Positions 46,274 to 55,811 of a stretch of 64,000 nt of DNA are shown in pieces (position 1 is the first letter of the stretch; every line of letters starts with the position of its first letter). The stretch lies in NCBI GenBank assembly GCA_036229005.1, contig JAZAMN010000036.1, positions 1-64,000 of the forward strand. Reading direction: 5' to 3'. This stretch comes from Myxococcota bacterium (GTDB taxonomy: Bacteria; Myxococcota_A; UBA796; CAJQPC01). The position numbers and the translations under genes were made by a program. The notes under the pieces were generated by a model. The model did not search any database. It saw only the letters and a list, made by a program, of their open reading frames with translations, and had not been told where the DNA came from.

Positions 46274-47719
46274 GTGGAGTCCATCTCGTCCCAGCAGCGC
46301 CTGTTGATCGCCGGCTGCGGCCCCGTTCGCTGGCTGCGATCCGACCACGGCGTCTTCGGAGAGCACTGGGAGCGCGGCAGCTTCGGCGCCCACGCCGCCC
46401 TGTCTCCCGAGGGCACGCGGCACGGTCTGCTCGCCGGGATCCCCGGACCGGGCGAGGGGCGCGTGAGCCTCAGCGGCCTGATGGATCGCGAAGCCTGCTG
46501 GCTCCCTGAGCCCGACTACACCGGAGACCCCGAGCTCATCCCGCTCCCCTCCGACGCGCAGCTCCCCCCCGTCCCCAGAGTGCCCGCGCTGGAGGGCCTC
46601 GCCCGCGCCGTGGGGAGCTGGGCCTCCGTCGAGCTCGGCGGCACCGGCACCCTCGCGATCCGCCGCGGCTGGAGCTCCGAGCGGGCGCGCAGCATCCTCC
46701 ACGCCATGGGCCAGGTCGGCTGGCGGCTCAGCTACCTGGAGGACACCCTCGCGCTCCCCCCCGGCGGCCGCGCCCTGTCCCGAGACGGCCTCTTCCTGCG
46801 CCTGGTCGACCCGGAGCAGGGGGATCTCGTCCTCCCCGTCGACGCCCACGTCGCCCGCGCCCTCAGCGGCCTGCGCAGCCTCTACAAGCAGCTCCTGGAG
46901 GCCGCCGGTCCCGAGCTCAGCGCCCGCTTCCTGGAGCAGGAGGAGGATCGCCAGGGCTGGTACGTACGCAGCCAGATCTTCCTGCGGGTGGTCGCCGGCC
47001 TCCGCGCCGAGCGGGAGGAGATCGATCTCGGCGGCGCCCAGGCCCCCCTCTTTGGCCGCTCTCCCGCCAACGCCCCCCAGGAGCTCGAGGCCCTGCACCG
47101 CCTGCGGGTGCGCGTCCGTTTCCCCCCCGCGGACACCTCCGACTGGCTGCAGAAGGTGGAGAAGCCAGGATTCCTGCGTTCGCGCTCGGGTCGCATACGG
47201 GTCGGGGGTCTGGGGTGGAGTCGCCCTGGGTTGCTGCTCCTGGACGCCGGCGAGGACAACAGCGCGCTGATCCGCGGCCTGGAGTCCCTGGGCGTTTCGC
47301 CCGAGCCCCTCTCGCTGGATGAACTCGCGCCGCGGCTGGCCCCCGGGGTCGAGTTCGCCGCCCTGCACCCCGGCTTCGTCCCCGTGCAGGAGCGCACCGC
47401 GCCCGTCCTCAGCGGCCCCGAGATCGTCGGCCCCGAGGTCGGCCTGGAGCCCGAGCAGCCCCAGCAGGCGGAGCAGGCCCTCCCGGAGACCCCCGCCGAG
47501 TCGGCGCCCGAGCTGCCCCAGCGCCCCTTCGAGCCCCAGGTCCTGGAGCTCAGCACTCCGCATCGCCGGGACTCCCTGCGCCTGAGCGTCGAGGGGGCTC
47601 CGATCGACGTGAGCCTCAACCCCCTCGGCGGCGGCCGCGGGCGCTACCTCATCGAGGGCACCGAGCTGGCCCATGGCGCCTTGCTGCGCGTCGACTTCGA
47701 GCCCCAGGACGCCTCGTGA
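46274..47719 (+). CDS. Hypothetical protein, first gene of the Hsp70/vWA operon
   Basis: In-frame GTG at 46274 preceded by TACCCT-N6; Pro/Glu linker before a small C-terminal domain; GTGA overlap with the next gene. Confidence 0.7.
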   Translation: MESISSQQRLLIAGCGPVRWLRSDHGVFGEHWERGSFGAHAALSPEGTRHGLLAGIPGPGEGRVSLSGLMDREACWLPEPDYTGDPELIPLPSDAQLPPVPRVPALEGLARAVGSWASVELGGTGTLAIRRGWSSERARSILHAMGQVGWRLSYLEDTLALPPGGRALSRDGLFLRLVDPEQGDLVLPVDAHVARALSGLRSLYKQLLEAAGPELSARFLEQEEDRQGWYVRSQIFLRVVAGLRAEREEIDLGGAQAPLFGRSPANAPQELEALHRLRVRVRFPPADTSDWLQKVEKPGFLRSRSGRIRVGGLGWSRPGLLLLDAGEDNSALIRGLESLGVSPEPLSLDELAPRLAPGVEFAALHPGFVPVQERTAPVLSGPEIVGPEVGLEPEQPQQAEQALPETPAESAPELPQRPFEPQVLELSTPHRRDSLRLSVEGAPIDVSLNPLGGGRGRYLIEGTELAHGALLRVDFEPQDAS

Positions 47720-50685
47720 GCCTCTGCCCCGGCTGTCAGGCCCCCGCCGCCCAGTGGGACCGCTACTGCGGCCGCTGCGGCACCCCCTTGGCCCGCTTGC
47801 GCTGGCAGCTCGCCGATCAGCAGCGCGAGCTGGGGGAGGACGGTCGCGTCGCGGTTCGCCGGGGCAGCCACGCCCTGCGCCTGTCCGTCGCCAATGAGGG
47901 CAGCGTCCCCGCCGGGCTGGTGCTCCCCGCCGAGGCCCTCGCCGAGCTGCCCCCCTGGATCGACCGCGCGCGCCTGGAGCGCCTGCAGGAGCGAGCGATC
48001 ACCCTGGAGCCCGGACAGGAGCAGGAGCTGGCGATCCCCTTCGCCACCGCCGAGCTCGAGCGCGTGTTCGCCGACCGCGGTCAGCAGGGCGCGCCGCTCT
48101 CCGCCCGCCTCCAGCTCCTCACCACCCTCTGCCAGCTCAGCGAGGGCGGCTGGTCCCCCCGGCCGCTCCACCTCTCGCTCGTCGTCGCGCGCGAGCCCTG
48201 GTTCTCCCCCGCCGGCAGCCACTACCGCTTCCTGCCCAGCGAGCGCCTGGCCGAAGGCCTGCACCACGAGCTCACCCTCCACAACGAGTCCGCCGAGGAG
48301 GTCGAGATCCTGGGCTTCTCCCTGGAGGACCTCCCCGACGCGCCCCCGAGCTGGGCCCAGGACGCCGCCCGCCTGGACGCCGCCCAGATCCTGGAGGGCC
48401 TGCCCAGCGCCGAGCACACCCTGCTGGCCCCCGGCGAGCAGCGGGTCATCCGCCTGAGCTTCGCGAACCCCGCGCTCAAGGGGCTGGGCTGGTTCTCCCT
48501 GCGCCTGAGCTGCCGCTACCGCCACCGCAGCGCCGGGCAGGTCTTCGCCGTGGTCCAGGGGGTCGTGGGCGCCGCACCTCGCTTGACCTGTGATGCCCCT
48601 GAGCCGCTCGGACACCCCAGCGTCGAGAGGGATGAGGTCCACACGCTCGTCCTCCGCAATCCCGGCGACCTCCCCCTCAAGATCACCGGCGTGGAGCTGC
48701 TCCGCGGTGACGCTGTGGCCCCCGCCCGGGATTGGCTGCGGGTGGAGGGCCTCGCGCCCGGTGAGATTCTGCCTCCCGGCGGCGAGCGCGCCCTGCACTA
48801 CACCCTCAGCGTCGCGGACCGCCCCGAAGACGAGTTCGACCAGGCCTGGTCCAGCCGGCGCCTGCGCATCCACCACGACGGCGCGGGGGCGCGGGTCCTG
48901 GAGCGCAGCGTGGACGCCCAGCTCGGCGTGGTGCAGGTCCCCACCGGCGTCTTCATGGGCGTGGACTTCGGCACCTCCAACTCCATGGTCGTGCTCCTGC
49001 GGCCGGACACCCGGGCGAACGTCGCCCTCAAGCTCGAGGGCGAGAGCGAGCAGCTCCCCAGCCTGATGTACTTCCTGGGCAGCAGCCCCTCCGGGCGCAG
49101 CCAGGGCTTCCTGTTCGGGCGCGAGGCCGACGCCCACGCCGAGCTCAACCCCGCCAACCTCGTGCGCTCGATCAAGTCGGTCATCAGCCGCTCGCCGGAC
49201 ACCTGGTACCACTTCCTGGAGCGCTCCCCCGAGGGCGCCTGGCGCCGCCGCTCCTACCGCCCCCAGGAGCTGCTCGACCGCTTCATCATCGAGCTGCGCC
49301 GCCGCGCCGAGCGGGCTGTGTCCGGGCTCTCCATGCAGCAGCTCCGGGCGCTGCGGATCGGCCCCAAGGTGCGCTTCCGCCAGGCCATCTTCTCCCACCC
49401 GGTCGAGGTCGACGCCGCCATGAAGGAGGCGCTGATGAAGGCGGCCCACGCGGCGGGGCTCAACCTCCAGCTCCAGAGCGCGGAGGACTTCATCGAGGAG
49501 CGCTGCGTCGACGAGGCCACCTCGGCGGCGCTCGCCTACGTGTACGCGCGCCTGGACCCGGGCTCGCGGGTGGGCGTGGAGCACGAGCTGGGCAACCGGG
49601 AGCGCGTGATCTGCGTGGACATCGGCGGCGGCACCACCGACGTGGCCGCCGTGGAGATCCTGGACCTCGCCGACTTCTGGGACCAGGCCGTCGAGCAGGT
49701 GCGGGTCGAGCTCCACAGCACCGCCGGGGACCCCCTCTGGGGCGGCGACGATCTGGACCTGCTGCTGGCCGGCTGGATGCTCGAGGAGATCCGCGAGCAG
49801 AGCGCGCGCCAGGGGGCCGCCATCCTGGACCAGGAGATCCTGCACGCCGCCGGCTTCCGCAGCTTCGGCGAGTACTTCAACGGCTTCCGCGCCCGGCAGG
49901 TCGTCCGCGGCAGCGAGGCCCTCGGGCAGGCCCAGGCCTTCTACAACAAGGCGGTCGAGGTGCTCCGCAAGGCCGAGGCCGCCAAGCGACGCCTCTCCGA
50001 GCTGGACCGGGTCGAGGTGCGCCTCTCCGACCGCGACTGGCCCCGCAGCGGCGAGCAGCCGGAGCAGGAGGCGGAGTTCCGCGTGGTGCTGGAGCGGCAG
50101 CGCCTGGAGCGCCAGGTCCGGGAGGACGCGCGGGCTCGGATCCCCCTCTTGGAGCGGGTCGTTGGCGCCGCGCAGTGGGAGTGGCCCACCGTCTCCACCG
50201 TGCTGTTCACCGGGCAGGGCAGCCGGGTCCCGTCCATCCGCGAGGAGCTGGTGCAGCACGTCCAGCAGCAGCGCGCGGGTAGCCCCGACAAGCTGCTGGT
50301 GGTGCAGCCGGACGACCGGAGCGGCTTCGACCCCAAGCGCTGCGTGGGCATGGGCGCCGCCATCTGGGGCACCCGGGAAGACGGCGAGTGGATCTCGGTG
50401 CGGCGCCGCATGCGCTTCGAGCTCACCCACGACCTCCAGACCCGCTGGGGGCCCTTCCACTTCCGCACCGTGCCCGGGCTGGAGCGGGGGCAGAGCCTGC
50501 CCGCCCAGGCCACCGTCGACTTCCGCAAGCCCCGCCAGACCCTGGAGCTGTTCCGGGACGGAGCGCTGTACATGAGCTTCACCTTCCCCGAAGCGGTGGA
50601 CGCCATCGAGCTGCAGGTGCGCGGTCCCGGCGACATCCTGGCCGTCGCGGGCGCGCTCCAGATCCCCGGCGAGGTGCTCTCGTGA
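47716..50685 (+). CDS. Zn-ribbon + Ig-like repeats + Hsp70-family ATPase fusion protein
   Basis: CPGC...YCGRCG; LSVANEG, LTLHNES and LVLRNPGD Ig-like strands; Hsp70 NBD motifs GVDFGTSNS, DEATSAALAY, DIGGGTTDV, GGDDLD, AEAAKRRLS, TGQGSRVP and VGMGAA. Confidence 0.88.
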   Translation: MSLCPGCQAPAAQWDRYCGRCGTPLARLRWQLADQQRELGEDGRVAVRRGSHALRLSVANEGSVPAGLVLPAEALAELPPWIDRARLERLQERAITLEPGQEQELAIPFATAELERVFADRGQQGAPLSARLQLLTTLCQLSEGGWSPRPLHLSLVVAREPWFSPAGSHYRFLPSERLAEGLHHELTLHNESAEEVEILGFSLEDLPDAPPSWAQDAARLDAAQILEGLPSAEHTLLAPGEQRVIRLSFANPALKGLGWFSLRLSCRYRHRSAGQVFAVVQGVVGAAPRLTCDAPEPLGHPSVERDEVHTLVLRNPGDLPLKITGVELLRGDAVAPARDWLRVEGLAPGEILPPGGERALHYTLSVADRPEDEFDQAWSSRRLRIHHDGAGARVLERSVDAQLGVVQVPTGVFMGVDFGTSNSMVVLLRPDTRANVALKLEGESEQLPSLMYFLGSSPSGRSQGFLFGREADAHAELNPANLVRSIKSVISRSPDTWYHFLERSPEGAWRRRSYRPQELLDRFIIELRRRAERAVSGLSMQQLRALRIGPKVRFRQAIFSHPVEVDAAMKEALMKAAHAAGLNLQLQSAEDFIEERCVDEATSAALAYVYARLDPGSRVGVEHELGNRERVICVDIGGGTTDVAAVEILDLADFWDQAVEQVRVELHSTAGDPLWGGDDLDLLLAGWMLEEIREQSARQGAAILDQEILHAAGFRSFGEYFNGFRARQVVRGSEALGQAQAFYNKAVEVLRKAEAAKRRLSELDRVEVRLSDRDWPRSGEQPEQEAEFRVVLERQRLERQVREDARARIPLLERVVGAAQWEWPTVSTVLFTGQGSRVPSIREELVQHVQQQRAGSPDKLLVVQPDDRSGFDPKRCVGMGAAIWGTREDGEWISVRRRMRFELTHDLQTRWGPFHFRTVPGLERGQSLPAQATVDFRKPRQTLELFRDGALYMSFTFPEAVDAIELQVRGPGDILAVAGALQIPGEVLS

Positions 50686-52256
50686 GCTTCTCCTGGGATC
50701 CCGACAACCGCCGCTTCGTCACGGTCACGCGCTGCCCCTGGCCCGGCTGCGGAGCCCCCGCCGAGCCCTTCCACCAGGGCGGTCTGCAGGGCTGGTGTCC
50801 TCGCTGCGAGCGGCCCTATGCGACCAGCCTGGAGCCACCATCCCAGGGCGGTGCACCCGTCGAGTGGAGCCTGTGCCCGACCAGCCTCTTCCACACCTTC
50901 ACGGGGCGGCGCCTGGAGGGCTACAGCCCGGTGGACTGGCCCGAGGCCAGCGGAGGCCCCGAGCGCAGCGGCTGCGCGGATGACCCCCGGGGCAGCGTCT
51001 TCGGGGCGCCCAATCCCCTGCACGGTTGGGGCCTGGAGGAGGCCTGGACCCTCCCCAGCATCGCGCCCCAGGAGCAGAACAGGGTGGGGGACGCCGTCGC
51101 CGCCGTGGCCGTGATGCGCGGGCGGGTGCTGGCCGTGAGCGCCCGTGGCCGCATGTCGCTGGTGGAGCCCTTCACCGGCGAGCTCCTCAGCCAGCGCCCC
51201 ATCGACTGGCCGGGCTTCCCGACGCCGGATGCCGACCACCCCGTCGCCTTCACGCCCGTGGTCCGAGGCAGCCGGGTCGTCCTCGCCAGCGCACTCCAGC
51301 TCCTCTTCCGGGACCTCGCATCGCAGCTCGGTGCCGGCCCCAACCAGGGCACAGAGAGCTGGCGGGTGGTGGGCCCAGAGAGTCCGGAGCGCCGCTTCGT
51401 CGGTCCTCCCCTGGGCCTGGACACGCCCGAGGGCCCCAAGGTCGCCGTCCTCGAGGCCGACGCCGAGTCCCGCCAGGGCCTCGCCAACCCCGTGCTGCGC
51501 TTCTTCACCCTGGACGGCCAGGAGCTCACCCAGTGCCCGGTGCAGGGCATCGTGCGGCCCCCGGTGTTCGATCGCCGCTCCCAGCAGCTCCTCTGGCTGG
51601 ACGCCGCTGGCTTCCTGCACCGCCTCCCCGCCGACGACCTCAGCCTCCCGCTCCCGGCGCTCCCCACCGACCCGCTGCTCCCCCTGAGCCCCAGCCTGCA
51701 CCCCACCTTCGCGCTGGCCGAGAACGCCCGCGGGGACACCGAACTCTGGGTGGGGCGCGTCGACCGCCAGGGCGTCCTGGAGCTCTGCCGCTGTGACCTC
51801 CAGGAGGCCGAGAGCCGCGGGGAGCTCCGCTGGGTGCGCCGCAAGGTCGGCGTTCGCGGAGCACTGTTGGCCCTCTCGGTGGGGCGCGGTCCGCACCATC
51901 GCCAGAACCTCGCTGGACAGCTCCTGGCCGTCAGCACGGACCAGGGCGTCTTCTCCTTCCCCAAGGATCTCATCGACGCCATGGAGCACGGCGCGGCCCG
52001 GGGGCACGAGACCGCCGATCTGCGCGGGAGCTGGGATGCGCCGGTCATCTGCTCCGCGGGGGTGCTCGCGCGCGTCCAGGGGCGCGTTCAGCTTCTGGAG
52101 CAGGGCCTCCCGTGGGGGAGGAGTCAGCGGCCATCCGTCGCGCTCCCGGTGCGCTACCCTCGGCCCCAGGGCCTGGCGCTCTACGGCCGGCTGCTCATCA
52201 TGGGCGTCTCCATGGGGCTGCAGGCGCTGCGCATCGTGCCGGAGGGAAGACCGTGA
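50682..52256 (+). CDS. Zn-ribbon + PQQ-like beta-propeller protein
   Basis: CPWPGC...WCPRC; DWPEASGGPERSG resembles the pre-propeller motif of PQQ/BamB-like proteins; repeated TPVV/PPLG/PPVF/APVI blade starts; GTGA overlaps at both ends. Confidence 0.65.
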   Translation: MSFSWDPDNRRFVTVTRCPWPGCGAPAEPFHQGGLQGWCPRCERPYATSLEPPSQGGAPVEWSLCPTSLFHTFTGRRLEGYSPVDWPEASGGPERSGCADDPRGSVFGAPNPLHGWGLEEAWTLPSIAPQEQNRVGDAVAAVAVMRGRVLAVSARGRMSLVEPFTGELLSQRPIDWPGFPTPDADHPVAFTPVVRGSRVVLASALQLLFRDLASQLGAGPNQGTESWRVVGPESPERRFVGPPLGLDTPEGPKVAVLEADAESRQGLANPVLRFFTLDGQELTQCPVQGIVRPPVFDRRSQQLLWLDAAGFLHRLPADDLSLPLPALPTDPLLPLSPSLHPTFALAENARGDTELWVGRVDRQGVLELCRCDLQEAESRGELRWVRRKVGVRGALLALSVGRGPHHRQNLAGQLLAVSTDQGVFSFPKDLIDAMEHGAARGHETADLRGSWDAPVICSAGVLARVQGRVQLLEQGLPWGRSQRPSVALPVRYPRPQGLALYGRLLIMGVSMGLQALRIVPEGRP

Positions 52257-54178
52257 TCGCACTCGCACTGGCTCTGGGCTGCGCGCTCGAGGGCGCCGGA
52301 GATCCCTTCCCTGACGACCCCGCCATGCTCCCGGACGAGGTCGCGAGCTGCGTGGCCGGCGAGCTCCCCGAGCGGGGCCTCCAGGACAGCCAGCGCAGCG
52401 TGGATCGCAGCGCAGGAGGGCGCTTGAGTGGGCCCGCCCCGGAGATCGGCAGCGCCGGAATCCCCACCGTGGTCGCCCTGGACTACTCCGGGTCCATGTT
52501 CGGCGGCTACGAGCGCGACCAGCCCAGCACCGGGACCTGCGGTTGGAGCCGCTCCTCGCGCGGCGGCCGCTCACCCAACGGGGACTTCTACTGGTCCACC
52601 CCCGGCTTCAAGGGCCTGCTGGAGGGCGGCGTGCTCTCCGGGATCCAGCCCCAGGACCCGACCTGGGCCATGCTCTTCAACGCAGCGCCCATGGTCTTGG
52701 ATGGGGAGGGCGGCGCCGTGGTGTGGGACCAGGGTTGGCCCACCACACCCCCCTCGGCCCACGACAACCTCGACACCCTGCTCACCGGCGAGGACATCGG
52801 TGGCAGCCTGCCTGACGCCCCCTGGGAGGCCCGCTTCGGGCCGCGCCGCATGTGGGACTCCTCGCAGATGGCGCGCACCCTCGACGCCAGCGCGGAGCTG
52901 TTCCAGGGGCAGGAGCGGGGGGACGGCATCCTGTGGATCGTCACCGACAACATCATCGACACCGGGGACGGCGCGCAGGCCGATGAGGCCTCCCACAACC
53001 GGGCCTTCTACGAGAAGCTGGCCGCCGATCCGCGCTGGCAGGTGGTCTACGCCTGGCCGGTCTCCCAGGGCGACTGGCTCTGCGGCAGCACCCTGCTGGT
53101 CTATGGGCTCTACTTCTCGCCCCACGAGCGCCTGGACCCCGCGGCCTACGCGCGCCTGCACAGCGGCAGCCAGGCCCGGCTCTCGCGGCCCGAGCAGGTC
53201 CAGGCCTTCGCCAAGGTCGCCAGCGCCCGCTCTCCCGCGCCCGGTCAGCCCTTCAAGCTCAAGCCCGACGACCTGGACCTCGTGGAGCCCGAGTTCGTCG
53301 GGACGGTCGACTGCGGCGGCGCAAAGGCCACCGGCCTCGCGCGCACCTGCACGGCCCAGATCTCCCTGGACAACCAGCTCCAGCACCGCCGCGTGGAGGC
53401 CGCCACCCTGAGCCTTCAGGGCCAGCGCCTGGACGCCTGGGATCGCAGCCAGAGCCCGCCCGTCTCCGTGGTCACCGCAGTTCCCCTCGCCAGCGGCACC
53501 CTCAGCGCGCAGACCAGCCTGGAGGCCCCCATCGAGCCCCACCAGGAGGCCGTGCTGCAGGTCGCGCTCCAGGTCCCCCCCATCGAGACCCAGATGCACA
53601 CCCTCCGGGACCGCTGGGAGTCCGCGCAGCACCCCCGCTTCGGCATGGTCGGGCTGGTGGACATGGAGCTCACGGGGCTGCGCACCGCCATGGCCATCGA
53701 CCCCGCGCAGCTCGGCGAAGTCTACGGCGTCCAGTCCCTGCCCCAGGTCTTTGAGAACCCCAACACCGACCAGCTCTCGCGCACCGTCTGCGTGATGATG
53801 ACCGTCGACAACCCCAGCTACTTCTCCAGCATCGTGCTGCTCGTGCTGCTCGGCGGTGGGGGGCTCGGTCTCGTGGTCGGCACCTGGCTGCTCAAGCCCA
53901 CCTGGCGGCATGTCGTGGTGGACGGCGTCGCGCAGGGGCAGATCCGCCTGTCCCGCCTGCTCCCCCAGAGCATTCAGGTGGACGGAAAGGCGGTCGCGAA
54001 GGCGCGCCTGGACGCAGCCGGTCGCATCAAGCTGCGGGCCATCAAGCCCTACCGGGTCACCCCTCGCGGCGGCGCCTGGGAGCTGCGCCAACGCGACGAG
54101 GAGTTCGACGTGCGGCGCAAGCTGGAGCTGCGCGCTCGGGGCGCCAAGACCCGGGCTCGGCGCGGCAACGACTTCTAG
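52253..54178 (+). CDS. Exported, membrane-anchored vWA-domain protein
   Basis: Short hydrophobic N-terminus with LALGC; MIDAS-like VVALDYSGSM and later WIVTDN; TM SIVLLVLLGGGGLGLVVGTWLL; basic C-terminal tail. Confidence 0.7.
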   Translation: MIALALALGCALEGAGDPFPDDPAMLPDEVASCVAGELPERGLQDSQRSVDRSAGGRLSGPAPEIGSAGIPTVVALDYSGSMFGGYERDQPSTGTCGWSRSSRGGRSPNGDFYWSTPGFKGLLEGGVLSGIQPQDPTWAMLFNAAPMVLDGEGGAVVWDQGWPTTPPSAHDNLDTLLTGEDIGGSLPDAPWEARFGPRRMWDSSQMARTLDASAELFQGQERGDGILWIVTDNIIDTGDGAQADEASHNRAFYEKLAADPRWQVVYAWPVSQGDWLCGSTLLVYGLYFSPHERLDPAAYARLHSGSQARLSRPEQVQAFAKVASARSPAPGQPFKLKPDDLDLVEPEFVGTVDCGGAKATGLARTCTAQISLDNQLQHRRVEAATLSLQGQRLDAWDRSQSPPVSVVTAVPLASGTLSAQTSLEAPIEPHQEAVLQVALQVPPIETQMHTLRDRWESAQHPRFGMVGLVDMELTGLRTAMAIDPAQLGEVYGVQSLPQVFENPNTDQLSRTVCVMMTVDNPSYFSSIVLLVLLGGGGLGLVVGTWLLKPTWRHVVVDGVAQGQIRLSRLLPQSIQVDGKAVAKARLDAAGRIKLRAIKPYRVTPRGGAWELRQRDEEFDVRRKLELRARGAKTRARRGNDF

Positions 54179-54196
54179 GATTTCAGAGGATTTCAG
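54177..54196. repeat. Perfect 10-nt tandem repeat AGGATTTCAG x2
   Basis: Read directly, upstream of the HDOD-GGDEF gene. Confidence 0.6.
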
Positions 54197-54244
54197 CCCT
54201 CAAGACGAAGCGATCCAAACCCGAAAAGGTGGGAGGAGGTCGCC

Positions 54245-55771
54245 TTGTCAAACCCTCAGGCTCTGGAAGCGCTCGACCCCGGCAAGCTGCCTGGAGCCCA
54301 AGCCACCCTGGCCGCGATCGCCCGTGAGGCGGGAGATCCGGAACTGTCCATCAACCGGCTCGCGCGCCTGGTTGCCCTGGAGCCCGGTCTCACGGTCGAG
54401 CTGCTCGAGGCCGCCAACCGCAGCGTGACCAAGCAGGGCTGTGTGAAGACGCCGCAGCAGGCCATCAGCCGGCTGGGATTCCGCTTTGTACGGAACCGGG
54501 CGGTTGCCCGGGTTGTGCGTTCGGCGAGCGCGGAGCTGGACACCGGCGGACTGGATGTACGTCGGCACTGGGAGGACTCGCTCAGGCGCGCCCTCGCAGC
54601 CCGGGTGCTCGCCGAGCGACTGGGCCACCGGGACCCCGAGGAGGTCTTCACCGCCGGCCTGCTCCAGGAGGTCGGGACCCTGTTGCTGGCCGCCCACGAC
54701 CCCGCCCGAGGTGAGGATCTGGAGCGCGTCGCCCATGAGCCCTCCGAGACCCGCATGCGCGTGGAGCGCGAGCTCTTCGGCCTCACCCACGACGAGGTCA
54801 TCCAGGTGGTCGGCGAGGCCTGGAACCTCCCGCCGGACATCCTCGCTCCGATCCGTCACCATCACGAGCCCAAGTCCTCGGAGCTGGGGCGGGAGGCTGC
54901 TCGGACCGCCACCTTGTTGGCCGCTGCGGATCGCATCGCCGACCTCTTCGTGACCCGCGGCGATGAGCGCGTTGTCCACCGCTGTCGCCAGGCCCTGGAG
55001 CAACTCCAGGGGCGGGGAGGCGTGGAGCTCGCCCAGGTGGTCCAGAGCGTCCAGAAGGGGCTCCCCAAGATCGCGAGCGAGCTCGGGATCGAGGTGGGGA
55101 GGCAGGCCTCCGTCGCCGAGGTGCTCACCGCCGCGACCTCCTCGCTGGTGCAGATCACCCAGGGCTACGAGAACCTCATCCAGCAGCTCGAGGAGGCCCT
55201 GCGCGAGAAGCAGGAGCTCGCCCGCCTGCTGGAGCGGAAGAACCACGAGCTGGAGGCCCTCGCGGCCACCGACCCGCTCACAGGGGCGGCCAATCGGCGC
55301 CGCTTCACCTCCCTCGCCCAGCGCGCCCTCAAGCAGCACTGCGCCGAGGGACGCCCGCTGACCCTGCTCATCTTCGACCTGGACCACTTCAAGAAGGTCA
55401 ACGACCAGCACGGGCACCCCGCTGGCGACGCGGTCCTCGTCGAGGTCGTGCGCCGACTCAGCCTCTCCCTGCGCGCGGACGACACCATCGCCCGTCTGGG
55501 CGGAGAGGAGTTCGCGGCCCTGCTCCCCGACACCGACGAAGAGGGAGGGCGGTTGGCCGCAGAGCGCTGTCGCAGGCGCATCGCCGAGAGCCCCATCGAT
55601 GCGGGGGAGACCTCGCTGTCGGTCACCTGCAGCATCGGGGGCGCTACGCGGACGGGCCTGGGCTCCCTGGAGGGCCTGCTCTCCGAGGCCGACCGGGCCC
55701 TGTACCACTCCAAGAGCTCCGGCCGGGACCGAGTGACCTGGTTCGGGGAGCGCGCGAAGGAAGCCGGCTGA
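54245..55771 (+). CDS. HDOD + GGDEF diguanylate cyclase
   Basis: HDOD (LLEAAN, AISRLG, AGLL.EVG, WNLP..I..HH); coiled coil; DPLTG, DLDHFK.VND, I-site RADD and GGEEF. Confidence 0.93.
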   Translation: MSNPQALEALDPGKLPGAQATLAAIAREAGDPELSINRLARLVALEPGLTVELLEAANRSVTKQGCVKTPQQAISRLGFRFVRNRAVARVVRSASAELDTGGLDVRRHWEDSLRRALAARVLAERLGHRDPEEVFTAGLLQEVGTLLLAAHDPARGEDLERVAHEPSETRMRVERELFGLTHDEVIQVVGEAWNLPPDILAPIRHHHEPKSSELGREAARTATLLAAADRIADLFVTRGDERVVHRCRQALEQLQGRGGVELAQVVQSVQKGLPKIASELGIEVGRQASVAEVLTAATSSLVQITQGYENLIQQLEEALREKQELARLLERKNHELEALAATDPLTGAANRRRFTSLAQRALKQHCAEGRPLTLLIFDLDHFKKVNDQHGHPAGDAVLVEVVRRLSLSLRADDTIARLGGEEFAALLPDTDEEGGRLAAERCRRRIAESPIDAGETSLSVTCSIGGATRTGLGSLEGLLSEADRALYHSKSSGRDRVTWFGERAKEAG

Positions 55772-55811
55772 ACGCCGCGGGGGGTAGGCTCTGGGCTCGC
55801 CAGGAGTCTGC

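Noticed and set aside
47716..50685. Housekeeping dnaK
   Set aside because: NBD is internal, the substrate-binding domain is largely missing, and there is no grpE/dnaJ context
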